Positions 38,923 through 53,619 of a stretch of 64,000 bases of DNA are shown here, one piece after another. The notes below the pieces were generated by a model. That model ran no database searches. It worked only from the letters and a program-made list of their open reading frames with translations, and was not told the origin of the DNA. Within the stretch, counting starts at the first letter, position 1. Every line of letters begins with the position of its first letter. Source of the DNA: Octopus sinensis (Eukaryota); NCBI RefSeq assembly GCF_006345805.1, contig NC_042998.1:5642001-5706000 (forward strand), read 5' to 3'. The position numbers were made by a program, and so were the translations under genes.

Positions 38923-40785
38923 TGTGTGCCTCTTTTTCTCTCCACTCAGTCTAAAAAATGTTTACTGTAATTTGGTAGGTAGAAATTATCAGTGTTATTA
39001 ATTATATTCAGATTGTTGGCAAGCTGGGTTTGTTGTCTGGGAAACTGGTTGGAACTACGTGGTTCAGGTTTCTTCGTTGGTATAAATTGTCAAGGTTCTT
39101 AATTATGTTTGAGATGCTAAGGGGTTGGTTTAGCTGTCTGGGTAAATAAGTTGGAATTCCATAGGTCGAGTTTCTTCGTTGAGGGGTAAAAGTCCCTTGG
39201 ATGTTGATAGTTGCTAGGGAGAAATAATTACTTCTAAACCTAGGTTGGTTTCTTCTAGTATTTCTTATAAGTGAGTTGCCCCTATTCCTAGATTGAGAGC
39301 CGTTTACTTCCAAGTGAGAAGCTGGTTTTGTGTGTCTGTGTTCTTTAGATGTTTATACTTTGATCTAGTTGGACACATTTTTAGTTCTGTAAAAGTATTT
39401 GTTCTAGATTTTTTCAGGAAGGGGTTACCTGAACTGTAGTTTCTTTTAAAGTGAGTTTCATAACTAAGGAAGAAATTAACAGTTTCCCCACTGTTGAAGG
39501 GAATTTATTTCTTCTGACTCACAGCTATCTTTCCATAGTTTTACAACACTTTCCAAAAGCTATTCATCAGCATGCTCAGTAAGCTAAATGTGCATTTTTT
39601 CATCGATTGTTTTATATTTTTGTTTGTTGTTCAATACTCTAAGTTTAAATAACTCAATTTCAATTTTCATTTTCTCTAGTACTAATTTCTCCCGAAGTTG
39701 TCTTTGTTGTTCGGGCTCTTTTGGGATTGGTTTGAATTAATAGTACTGAGTTCATCCATTTTCCATATTATATTTCTGCCTTATTATTTTTTATCATGTT
39801 CCATAGGAAAATTTTCTAGCATTTAGGTTTTTGGACCAAATATGGCTAATGTGACTTTTAATTAAATGTACTGACACTGGTATATTTTAATTATGGTTTT
39901 GGTATTTCAGTGATGATTCTTTTTCAAAATTGTTTGTGAAAATTGAGGGCAATGTTGTACATAGTTCGTTCAAATTTTGACTAATCTTCTCTGTAGATTA
40001 TCTTTTCTGTTCATTTTTAGTTGCTTTTCAGGTGCAGTAATTTAATCCATCGATTTTGTTCGTTAGAATAACCAGATTTGATTAAATTTCTTTTAATTCC
40101 TTCAAAATGTCCTCAGTGATAATTTACTCTGATGTGTTTGTGGTAGGTTTTGGCAGCATTTTCCATTCCTCTTGTGGTAAATAGTAGTACAAAAAAGAGA
40201 GGAGGAGAATTTCGATTATCCCTGTATGGTGAGTTTTAATGCAAAATATATATATATAAAATAAAAGAAGGAAAGTGAACACAGTTTACATAGTTTTAAA
40301 ATATTTTTTAATATATTTTATAAATGAAAGAATATTGTGTTTGTCAACCAGTTTATTGACTGGTTTCCCACAATACAGACAGATTAATTTGAGTGGACAC
40401 ATAGAGAGATGTGCAGGTAATATCCAACCAAATTTCACAGTTCCCCATCTACTAGTTTAAATAAAGAAAATTCTTTCATCCAAAAATATAAAATACATCT
40501 AAATATGAAGGCATAACTGACTTTGGTCTCAGTATATATTTTAATTCATGATCACATACTCTGTGCATATTTCATCTCACAACTTTAGCCTTTGAGTTTT
40601 CGTATATATATTCATCCCTGCCACCATCGAAAGATAGGCAATTACCTCTCCTGTCCTCAGTATTAAGGACAACCAATTACCTCCCCTTAGATTTTCTACT
40701 TGTTGAATCATTCATTCACAAACTTCCCTGCACACAACATGGACTAAAATCTTCTTAAGAAAATAAGAAATTACAATAATTTCAA

Positions 40786-40818
40786 TGTCATGATTAGCAA
40801 AAGAGAAACCAGTCGACG
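40786..40818 (+). ncRNA. Second copy of the A3-U8 hammerhead-like motif in the inverted pLTR
   Basis: tgtc ATGATTA gc-aaaa-ga GAAAC CA GTC gacg. Stem II is damaged. Confidence 0.45.
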
Positions 40819-41399
40819 AACTCAATACTCTTTCACTTATAGAATATATTTTTAAAATATACTAAAACTAGGTAAAAATGTGTGTATTTTCCTTCTTTTA
40901 TTATATATATATATACGATGGGCTTCTTTCGTTTTTTGTCGCACAAACCTACTTACAAGGCTTTGGTCAGTCCAAGGTCATAGTAAAAGACACTTGCCCA
41001 AAATGCCATACGGTGCAACTGAACATGGAACCATGTAGTCTGGAAGCAAACTTCTTACCACACAGCCAAAAAAGAAATAAGTGTGGATGAGCATGGTTGA
41101 AATACCCTTGATTGTAGGTCAGTTCAATCAGGAACTGAACCTTCCAAAAGAAAAAATAAAACTACAACATAACATTCTGCATGCTACATGTGATCCATGT
41201 GATTCATGCAGCAAAACTGCTATATTTTGTCATTTATCGTTTACATCATCTATATAATTGGACATGGGAATACGAGGCTTTAATCATGAACGTATTGTAG
41301 AAATATAATCAGGTGTGTTCTTGTACACACCCATCTAAATTTTACCAGAATGGTTAGGGCAAATCATACGCTTATTCCTTTTTTAATTGCGATATAGAT

Positions 41400-41660
41400 T
41401 ATGATCATTATCATCATCATCATCATCATGATTATCATCGTCATTATTATCGTTATCATCGTCATCACCGCTATCACTACCACAACAATGAGAATGACAA
41501 TGAAGATGGTGACAAAGACAGCAACAACGACAGTGAGAACAGCTACAAGAATGACAACAACAAAGATCACATTGGATAAGTAGGGGAGGAGGAGGAGGAG
41601 GATGAAGAAGAAGTAGAAGAGTGAACCGCAGCAATGAAGATGATGATGACGATGTTGATG

Positions 41661-41713
<53 letters not shown>

Positions 41714-43060
41714 GATGATGATGATGGTGATGATGGTGATGGTGATGGTGAGGATGATGATGATCGTAGTACCAGTAGTGGTGGTGATGGTGATGGTGGT
41801 GATGATGATGATGATCATGATCATGATGATCATGGTACCAGTAGTGGTGGTGGTGGTGGTGGTGGTGATGATGATGATGATGATGATGGCGATGGCGATG
41901 GCGATGGTGATGGTGATGATGATGATGATGATGATGAGGATGATGATGATCGTAGTAACAGTAGTGGTGGTGGTGATGATGATGATCATCATCATCATAG
42001 CACCAGTAGTGGTGGTGGCGATGGTGGTGGTGGTGGTGGTGGTGATGATGATGCTGATGATGATGATGATGATGACAACGACAGCGGTGCTGGTAGTGGT
42101 GGTCGTCCTCATTGTGATTGCAATGATGATGATGATGATGATTACAACAATAAGAATTCTGATTATATTGCTGGACTTGCAAAATATAACATTGTCACAG
42201 ACTCTTTTACTGCCATTGTCATCTTCATCACCAGCAGCAGCAGCAGCAGAAGCAGCAGCAGCAATAACAACAACAACAACAGCAGCAGCAATAGCTTTCA
42301 AACATTGTTGTGTAATGTTTTTGTATGTCAGGCAGGCAGATTAAGGGATGATTTGCCAGTTTTGATTAGTTATGAGAGGAGATGATGATGTCACTGCTTC
42401 AGGCAATCTGCAAGATGATGGAGGTGAGTGTTTTTTTTTTTGTGTTGAGAAAATCTTGTGGAACACTCCAAAACTGGTGTGCATTTCTTCAATGGAACAT
42501 GCCGAGAGAAATAACAATCATATCTAATCAAACCGACAATGAAACAAACATCATTTCAGATAAAAATGATATAAACGAACAACAACAACAACACAGACAA
42601 TAACAGCAACAATAACGATGACAACACGACGATGATGAGGATGATAATGATGGCGGGAACATCAACTAATACATCAACAACATTCTTATTTTCCGAAATA
42701 ATTATTTTCATTTTTAAAATATTTATTGCTATTTCTTTCGTTTGTAATATATGTTGTTTTTTTGCTATGTTTTTCTTTTATTACTCTCAACAATTTTATT
42801 ATTGTTGCTATTGTTGTTGTTGTTGTTGTTGTTGCTGCAGTGGTTGTTCTTGTTATTGTTGTTGTTGTCATCTTCCGTTGGATTTTGCTGCAGTCATCGT
42901 TGCTGTTGATGTCGAGCATGTTGCTAACTGCTTCTTTGTGGTGACTGTTGTGTTTAAACGTTCTTGATGTTGTTACTAATGCGATTGCTCTTAGTTGCAA
43001 AAATTGTTGTTGTTGTCGTCATTGTTGATTTTGCAGTTGTTATTGTTATTTCTGGTGTTT
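41400..43060. repeat. Mosaic trinucleotide low-complexity region (ATC/GAT/GGT/AGC/AAC/TTG)
   Basis: Directly visible. A subunit resembling gtaccagtagtggtggtg recurs about four times (41764-42010). Confidence 0.9.
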
Positions 43061-43189
43061 TTGTTCTTCATATAACTGCATGTGTATGTGAGTGAGTGTG
43101 TGTGTATGTGTGTATGTGTGTGTGTGTGCATTTATGTATACAGATATATGTATGTATATATATACTCACATATATATATATATATATAT

Positions 43190-44607
43190 CATCATCATCA
43201 TCATCATCATTTAACGTCCGCTTTCCATGCTAGCATGGGTTGGACGGTTCAACTGGGGTCTAGGGAGCCCGAAAGCTGCACCAGTCCAGTCAGATCTGGC
43301 AGTGTTTCTACAGCTGGATGCCCTTCCTAACGCCAACCACTCCGAGAGTGTAGTGGGTGATTTTATGTGCCACCGACACAGGTGCCAGACGAGGCTGACA
43401 AACGGCCACGCTCGGATGGTGTTTTTATGTGCCACCGACACAGGTGCCAGACGAGGCTGGCAGACAGCCACGCTCGGATGGTGTTTTTATGTGCCACCGA
43501 CACAGGTGCCAGACGAGGCTGGCAGACTGCCACGCTCGGATGGTGTTTTTATGTGCCACCGACACAGGTGCCAGACGAGGCTGGCAGACGGCCACGCTCG
43601 GATGGTGTTTTTATGTGCCACCGACACAGGTGCCAGATGAGGCTGGCAAACGGCCATGATCGGATGGTGTTTGTTACGTGCCCACAGCACGGAGGCCGGT
43701 CGATGCGGAACTGGCTACGGCCACGTTCGGATGGTTCTCATGTGTGCCACCGGCACTGGTACCACAAAGTGTGTGCCACCGGCACTGGTACCACAAAGAT
43801 ACAGATTCCATTGATGTTCATCTATTTTGATTTGTTTTGATTTGATTTGATTTTCACTTGCCTCAACAGGTCTCACAAGTGTCACAAGAAGGAAGGTATG
43901 CACAGGTGGACTGACTACGTCCCAGGTAGGGGCCATGGGTTATGGCCTGACTAGTCTTGCGGGTCTTCGGATGGTGTTTTTATGTGCCACCGACACAGGT
44001 GCTAGATGAGGCTGGCGAACGGCCACGATCGGATGGCCAGTGATGCGGTACTGACTACGTCCCAGGTAGGGCCCACGGGTTATGACCTGACTAGTCTTGC
44101 CGGGTCTTCGGATGGTGTTTTTATGTGCCACCATGTTCCCACAGCACGGAGGCCAGTCGATGCGGTACTGGCTACGGCCACGTTCGGATGGTTTTCTTGT
44201 GTGCCACAGGCACTGGTACCACAAAGATACAAATTCCATTGATGTTCATCTATTTTGATTGATTTTCACTTGCCTCAGCAGGTCTTCACAAGTGTCACAA
44301 GAAGGAAGGTATGCACAGGTGGATCGACTACGTCCCAGGTAGGGGCCACGGGATATGGCCTGACTAGTCCTGCCGGGTCCTCTCATGCACAGCACACTTC
44401 CATAGGACTCGGTCTTCAGTCATTTCCTTGGTGAGACCTAAAGTTCGAAGGTCGTGCTTCACCACCTCGTCCCAGGTTTTCCTGGGTCTACCTCTTCCAC
44501 AGGTTCCCTCAACTGCTAGGTTGTAGCACTTTTGCACACAACTATCTTCAGCCATTCTCGTCACATGACCATACCAGCGCAGCCGTCTCTCTTGCACACC
44601 ACAACTG
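43190..44607 (-). mobile_element. 5'-truncated RTE LINE (ORF 3' end plus expanded 3' UTR), same family as 29750-31940
   Basis: [17 protein letters not shown]...[22 protein letters not shown]...HERTRQD*, with an (ATC)n tail at about 43190-43210. Confidence 0.92.
43361..43670 (-). repeat. 62-bp tandem repeat x5 inside the RTE 3' UTR
   Basis: ttttatgtgccaccgacacaggtgccagacgaggct... starts at 43361, 43423, 43485, 43547 and 43609. Confidence 0.95.
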
Positions 44608-46220
<1,613 letters not shown>

Positions 46221-46659
46221 CATGTGGGTGAGGGGTTGTGTTTTGTGTATTTGTATATGTGGAGAACTGCTTTCTTTCAGACATGATATTTTAAAAACAT
46301 GATTAAGTACAATCTCTTTTATCATAATTGTTTTTCATATCTGCGTATCAAATCTTTGTTGTCCATTTGGAATATTAATGTTCCTGAGTTCCTATTTATC
46401 AGCACTTCCAAACTCTCTCAGCCACATCTTCAGGATGTGGAGTGATTTTGACTTCTGTACTGACCTTTTTTTTATAGTAGACAGCATACATTTATATAGA
46501 CTTTACTGCCAGTCTAAAGCATTAGAGTTCTACACCATCAGATTTGAATTTGTGATGTGTGTATATACTGTATGTTAATTGAGCCTTGTGTTGCAATATT
46601 AATATTGCTTCCAAAAGCAGCAAAGTGGCAGAATCATTAGCACACTGGACAAAAGGCTT

Positions 46660-46985
46660 CGTGTCTCATGTCTCATTCTCGCTCACAACATCATAAGCGG
46701 AAAGTGTAACCTCTCGAAGGAGCTGTTCTTCACTCCTGCTCCAGAGCGTCAGCTGCGGGGTCATTCTGAAAAGCTCTACCTGCGATGATTTCATCTCAAT
46801 CGAAGGAGAGGAGCTTTCTCCAATCGGGTTGCGGATCCGTGGAACAAGCTGCCAGACGAGATGGTGAAGATGCCGACGACCGCTCGGTTCAAAGTCTCCC
46901 TTGACCACAAGTGGCCTGAACTCTTTACATCAACACCACCCTGTACATAACTCCATGTCCCCCTACATGGCCTTGCTTTTTGCTT
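46660..46985 (+). pseudogene. CR1-clade LINE 3' end
   Basis: + strand reads LRGHSEKLYLR*FHLNRRRGAFSNRVADPWNKLPDEMVK...FKVSLD, followed by a (ctaa)n tail. Confidence 0.85.
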
Positions 46986-47229
46986 TTTTAGCCAAAAAAT
47001 TAACTAACTAACTAACTAACATGTCATTTCATATGGCTGTATACTCTAAGTTCAAATTTCACTGAGGTCAACTTTTCCTTTTATTTGTTTGGGGGTCAGT
47101 AAAATAAGTACCATTTGAGCACTGAAGTTGGTGTAATCGATGTCCCCTCCCCACTAAATTCCAGGCCTTGTGCCTATAGTAGAAAACAAATGGTAAAGAT
47201 AGAAATAGTTCTGCTTCAAAAAATCAATC

Positions 47230-47643
47230 AGGCGCAGGAGTACCTGTGTGGTAAGTAGCTTGCTAACCAACCACATGGTTCCGGGTTCAATCCCACTGTG
47301 TGGCACCTTGGGCAAGTGTCTTCTGCTATAGCCCCGGGCCGACCAATGCCTTGTGAGTGGATTTGGTAGACAGAAACTGAAAGAAGCTTGTCGTATATAT
47401 GTATATATATATAGAAGTGTGTGTGTATATGTTTGTGTGTCTGTGTTTGTCCCCCTAGCATTGCTTGACAACCAATGCTGTTGTGTTTACGTCTCCATCA
47501 CTTAGCGGTTCTGCAAAGAGCCCGATAGAATAAGTACTGGGCTTACAAAAGAATAAGTCCCGGGGTCTATTTGCTCGACTAAAGGCGGTGCTCCAGCATG
47601 GCCGCAGTCAAATGACTGAAACAAGTAAAAAAGTAAAAGAGTA
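47230..47643 (+). mobile_element. SINE family A, full length
   Basis: Complete family A match. Confidence 0.9.
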
Positions 47644-48271
47644 ATCATTTATTTCTGTGTGGAACACTAATGCTCGAACCCTGCCATTTTTAGTAACCCC
47701 TACACCAATCCCTTCACTTTTCCTTGTCACTTTCATGCTTCTTCTCCATTACCATATGCTGTCAACTATAAATCAGTACCTCCAATAAACTTTACTCTCT
47801 CTCTCTCTCTCTCTCTCCCTCTCTATCTCACTCAGCCTTTCTCTCTCCCTCATCACACTGCATAGAATCATCATATATGTACTTCTATTCTCTTTCAGTC
47901 ATCGGAGACATTTTTGGCCCTTGGTCTTACAAGTTACGAAGTGACTTCACTAGAGCTAAAGAAAAAACACCCACTATTCTTCATAAATTGATTGGCATTA
48001 TGATGGGCACACAATCATGAAAACCACACCAAGTAGATATTGGAGCACGACATAGTCCTCGAGCTCAATGCAACCTGCTCGACTATCCATACACATGTGC
48101 ATATGTTAGTGTGTGTGTATGTGTGTAAGGTGCTGTATGTTAAATTCAAATTACAATAAATCTAAATAAACAAAGTTTGCTTTTAGAAGAGTTGAGATGT
48201 ATCATGAGATAACATACAGCGTCTTATATGCTAGCTTTATATGTTCAAAAATTGCAGATTAATTTGTCAGT

Positions 48272-48345
48272 GGGCAGTTTAGCTTAATTGGTAAAGCACT
48301 TGACCGGTAATCACAACGATGTCAGTTTGAGTCTCGTGGCTGGCT
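48272..48345 (+). pseudogene. Degenerate tRNA-like sequence (Thr-like pseudogene or SINE head)
   Basis: A box agcttaattggtaaagca, anticodon loop ccGGTaa and B-box-like agtttgagtct. The stems pair poorly. Confidence 0.35.
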
Positions 48346-48493
48346 GCTAACAATTTTTTTCCACTAAATATGGATATTTTATCTAGTTCCTGCTGTTCAA
48401 TCGGCATTTCCTTATCTGTATCTTACAATACATCTCAATGCTTCTAAAAGCAAACTTTTTTTACATTTATCCTAATTTGAATTTTATACATAC

Positions 48494-48536
<43 letters not shown>

Positions 48537-48589
48537 TATATATATATATATATATACATATATAATATACATCAACATCAAAAAATCAA

Positions 48590-48940
48590 ATGGAAATTGT
48601 AGTTGTGATACCTGTGCAGGTAGCACGTAAAAAGCACCATCTGAACGTGGCTGATGCCAGCACCACCTTCACTGGCTTCCATGCTGGTGGCATGTAAAAA
48701 GCACCAACCGATCGTGGCCATTGCCAGCCTCGTCTAGCACCTGTGCCAGTGGCATGTAAAAAGCACCCACTACACTCACAGAGAGGTTGGTGTTAGGAAG
48801 GGCATCCAGCTGTAGAAACACTGCCAGATCAGACTGGAGCCTGGTGCAGCCTCCTGGCTTCTCAGACCCTGGTTGAACCGTCCAACCCATACTAGCATGA
48901 AAAATGGACGTTAAACGATGATGATGATGATGATGATGAC
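48590..48940 (+). mobile_element. RTE 3' UTR fragment with a (GAT)n tail
   Basis: Matches 31480-31940. Confidence 0.85.
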
Positions 48941-48941
48941 A

Positions 48942-49355
48942 TATAGGTGCAGGAGTGGCTGTGTGGTAAGTAGCTTGCTAACCAACCACATAGTTCCGGG
49001 TTCAGTCCCACTGCGTGGTATTTTGGGCAAGTGTCTTCTGCTATAGCCCTAGGCCGATCAATGCCTTGTGAGTGGATTTGGTAGACGGAAACTGAAAGAA
49101 GCCTGTCGTGTATATGTATATGTATGTATGTGTGTGTGTGTGTTTGTGTGTCTGTGTTTGTACCCCTAGCATTGCTTGACAACCGATGCTGGTGTGTTTA
49201 CGTCCCCGTCACTTAGCGGTTCGGCAAAATAGACCGATAGAATAAGTACTGGGCTTACAAAGAATAAGTCCCGGGGTCGATTTGCTCGAATAAAGGCGGT
49301 GCTCCAGCATGGCCGCAGTCAAATGACTGAAACAAGTAAAAAGAGTAAAAAGAGA
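48942..49355 (+). mobile_element. SINE family A, full length
   Basis: Complete family A match. Confidence 0.9.
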
Positions 49356-49369
49356 AAAAGAGTAAATAT

Positions 49370-49414
49370 ATATATATAGGTATGTGGGTGTGAGTGGGGG
49401 TCTATATGTGTATG

Positions 49415-49446
<32 letters not shown>

Positions 49447-49810
49447 TTATATATATATATTATATATATATAATATATATATATATAATATATATACATA
49501 TATATATATAAATTACATATTATATATATGTGTGTGTATATACAGTGCCTGTGTCTTGATATATATTCAAGTTTTATATTACTGGTTATGGTATACAACT
49601 GATAACTGGTTGGAATGTTAACGTAACCAGTAATATACAGCTTCATGTTACATATAACTGCTCCATTATTCATATTTAATGTTTTTTATATATTTACAGA
49701 TAACTGATAATTTATATGTGCATGCATTAATACATGAGGACATGTATTTGTGTGTGTGTGTGTGTGTCTGCATGTTTCTATCTATCTATATATCTATTTA
49801 TCTATCTATC

Positions 49811-49858
<48 letters not shown>

Positions 49859-49957
49859 TATACATATATATATATATATGTATGTATGTATATATATATT
49901 TCTATATATATATATTATATATATATATATATGTGTGTGTGTGTATGTATGTATATA

Positions 49958-50004
<47 letters not shown>

Positions 50005-50105
50005 CATATACGTGTGTGTGTAAATATATATAAATACACACACACACACACACACACATACAAACACACACACACACACATACAAACACACACACACACA
50101 CATAC
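49370..50105. repeat. (TA)n/(TG)n/(CA)n microsatellites
   Basis: Directly visible. Confidence 0.9.
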
Positions 50106-50747
50106 ACTGTGAGGGAAAAAGAGTAAGATAGAAAGGGATGTAGTTATACATGTAGCTTTTAAACATATTTATTGATTGCTTTTGGGCCAGTTTTGTTTAA
50201 TATTACCTTGTTTGTTATTTTCTCAGGTATATTTTTTTTGCTGTTGTTTCGTATTTTTATTCTATATGTATTTCGCAATACATTTCCAAAGCATATCTAT
50301 ATATTCCTTTTATTTCCTTCTCACCTCTCTGCTTATTTAGCTCAGTTGGGCAAGTTTAGAATAGTTTCCCAGGGAACATCCATGATGTAATGCTGCTAGC
50401 AAAATGGATTTCTCGGTTCAGAAGCATTTACTTGTCAGAGACATGTGTTTAAATAATTATCCAAGTACAATAATCATCAACTGTATCATTGAAATAGCAT
50501 GAGACTGTAAAAGCTGCTTTGGATAAATAACAGGGGTTTCTTTTGGGCGAACCAATGAGAGATCGGCTAAATGGTTATTGAACTAGTTAGCAATGCCTAC
50601 CAGATCTCAATAATGATCGTATTGTACTTATTTTAAACAGAAATGTATGACATATTGGAAAAGATATTTCTTACTACAAAAATAAAATACGTAATCTTTA
50701 GACTGACAGAAACTGCTAATTTACATTTGGTTCGACAAAATTATACC

Positions 50748-50787
<40 letters not shown>

Positions 50788-50824
50788 GCTGTCATCATTG
50801 TTATCATCATCATGCTCAACTGGC

Positions 50825-51152
50825 CACCCTTACTAGCTATGCAAACGATATAAAAGTCTCTAAGGGGATGCAGAACCCTGGAAATGTTGTGCATCTGCAA
50901 CAGGAGTTGGATGTGATATACAGGCAACTGAGAAGAATACCATGCAGTTTAATGCTGGAGAATTCCGAGTGCATGACCTGCGCTTCAGCATGAGTAATGA
51001 TGCATCTTTCCAGGTGCATATTACTAAGTTGGCAATAAAATGCAGACGCTTGGCTGGATGGATCCTTCAAACTTTCAAAATGTAAGGACGAGAAACCATG
51101 ATGGTCCTCTGGGGGACTTTCAGCCTCAGCTGTCTGGATTACTGCTCCCAAC
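50825..51152 (+). pseudogene. CR1/L2-type RT fragment, internally deleted
   Basis: SYANDIKVS (decayed YADD), LQQELDVIY...MQFNAG.F, SNDASFQVHI...GWILQTF and LDYCSQL. Confidence 0.8.
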
Positions 51153-52879
51153 TGTAAAAGAGTAAAAAAACCATCACCATCAGTTTTTGTTTAACATTCA
51201 TCTCCTGCAGAACTTAATCATTTATCCAACAAGCTACCAAACAGATTTTCAGGACTTGCATTTACCATATTCTGTAGTTTGCTCTCATTTACCAAACAAC
51301 TGAGTCCATGATTCAGATCTATATAAACCAGATCAGGATTTAACAGATTATCATAATCAGAGTAAATATTAGTCATCTGTCAGAAAGTATAAATTCAGTA
51401 GATATATAAAAAAAAAAAACTGAGTGGTTTTAATGTCCTTTTCAGAAGAAGAAACATGTATTATATAAACATGGATTCGTTTGTTGCTGTCCCCACTACA
51501 ATTTTTTTTTTACTTCATACAATAAATCTACAACTAAAAGTAGACCAGTTTTACAAGGATAATCACAGCGGCAGCATAAGTGAAGAATATTGTCTACCAT
51601 ATTCTCATCTCCTTGTATTAACAAATTTCCCAGATATATATATCTACTTAACAGAATTATTTTCAATATCAAAGCAAACATTTTAATACAAAAAAAATTA
51701 TTATAGATTCATATTTACAACTCACTGCTTTCGCAAACATCAATCAGCATCTTGGAAAACCAAACGTCTATATATTTTTTTTTTTTAAATGAGTGAGTTT
51801 TCAAGTAGCTTGAGTTGATGCTACAAAATCTATCTCTATGATGTACATATTCGGAATTTTTATGCAATTGTTCGACATTCCAGAGATAGCAGCTACACTC
51901 TCAGATAAGGAAAGCTATATTTGCTAATTCAGTCCCAGATAACTCTTTAAAAAGATGGGATAATCACAGCTGTTGTGCCTTTGATTGTAGATTTACTTCA
52001 GGGCTAACCTGGGATAATTCAACAACAACAACACAAGGTAGTCTTCTATCCCATAGTCAGGATGGAAGGTAGTGTTCATAACCCTTTTACAGGGCCTCAA
52101 AGAATGGTTTAAGAGGGTATCCTCAAACTGGAGACAGCCATAATGCTTGCAACAAGGGAAATCTACGAAAGCAACCAAAGATCCAGGCAGCAGTGTTAAA
52201 ACAGGGACAGATTAAGTCTACCGTACATGTAGGCTTTAGCAGGATTAGAACTCAAAATGCAAAGATCCAGAACAGGTACAAAGTGTCTGATTCAACTTAT
52301 TGACTTCAAAAGTATGAAAGATCAAATCATCATCATCATCATCATTTAACGTCTGCTTTCCATGCTAGCATGGGTTGGACGATTTGACAGAGGACTGGCA
52401 AACCAGATGACTGCACCAGGCTCCAGTATTGATCTGGCAGAGTTTCTACAGCTGGATGCCCTTCCTAACGCCAACCACTCTGAGAGTGTAGTCTAGCATT
52501 TTTTAATTTGTGCATGAAATGAATTCTTAATCCAACTGATATCTGGAAGCTGTTGAAAGGAACCTGCTCTTCCCCTTCCTTTCATAGTAATCTTCTCATC
52601 ACAAAGCATAAAGCTAACCCCCTACTTACCCCCAGGACTTGCATGATGACCTAAATAGTGCAGATGGCAAGAAAAGAGTATTATACAGTCTATGCTGTAA
52701 AGTGGTTGGCATTAGGATGGGCGTTGGTTCATAAAACCATGCCAAAACAGACATTGGAGTTCAATGCAGTTCTTGGATGCATTGGTTCCTATTGAATTGT
52801 CCAACCCATGCCAGCATAGAACATGGACGTAAAATGATGATGATGATGATGGCAATGACAAGAACGATGATGCTGACAA

Positions 52880-53610
52880 TGATGACGAGGATCTAGAAGA
52901 TAAAAATAATCCCTGAAACAGGTCTTCAAACTTTGCAAATGGTAAATAAAAATGTTTCTTATTTCTTCAGGGAAATCATCAACATCAGAAGTTTCAAGAA
53001 AGCCCCAGAGCATTAAAGAAAAAAAAACCGAATTTAAACACACTGTTCTGCAGATGTTTATTCCATAAGTTTAATCCCATAATCATGGCTTCCTCTTTAT
53101 CTTTGATGTTTAAAACATTATGGATTTCCTTTATAGATTCAAATTCAGGTCGTTCAAATACATAAAAATATCACACACGTATGCCCCTGGTTCTAAGTAT
53201 TGGTGAAGATTAGCAAAACTGGAAATCTTTACAAATCATACCATTAAATTCATACCATATAAATGCAAGAAAATAAGCAACAAGCTAGAAGAATCATTAG
53301 AATGCTAGGCAACATACTTAGCAGCAATTTTTACTGAATTTATGTTCTGAGCTAAATTGATTCTGAGGTTTTCTTTACCTTTCATCTTTTTGGGGTCGAT
53401 AAAATAAGTAATTGATGTAAATATCTGGCCCCTCTCCACAAAATTTCAGGCCTTCTGGCAATGATAGAAAGAATATTAATGCTAGCAAATCAGCCCTGTT
53501 TGAAATATCTGCACTTTCATTTAAGCGTATGGTATAGTATTTACTTTGCAGAACTCTTTTCACTTACTGGTTGGTTTTTGATATCGTCATGACGTCTGTT
53601 TTCTGCTTCG
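52880..53610 (-). pseudogene. hAT (Buster/ZBED5-like) transposase relic, interrupted by a SINE B fragment
   Basis: YTIRLNESADISNRADLLALI, AYVCDIFMYLNDLNL and IFIYHLQSLKTCFRDYF. Confidence 0.7.
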
Positions 53611-53619
53611 TAGTATTGT

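Larger units (their letters stand above)
36435..40885 (-). mobile_element. Near-full-length decayed Penelope-like element with 3' pLTR, 5' leader repeat and inverted 5' pLTR
   Basis: RT motifs MGTKAAP and WKRYLDDCF, GIY-YIG-like LIYAITCSGCEHNYTGQT. 36435-36594 is directly repeated at 40190-40354, and about 36515-37054 is inverted at 40368-40880. Confidence 0.92.

Noticed and set aside
43361-43670. Regular 62-bp repeats as a possible CRISPR array
   Set aside because: The units are contiguous with no unique spacers, lie in a LINE 3' UTR, and the context is eukaryotic with no cas genes.
43361-43670. gccagcctcgtctggc resembling the P3/L3 region of the HDV ribozyme
   Set aside because: No P1 partner for ACCUGUG and no P4 or J4/2 arrangement could be found; simple hairpins explain the sequence.
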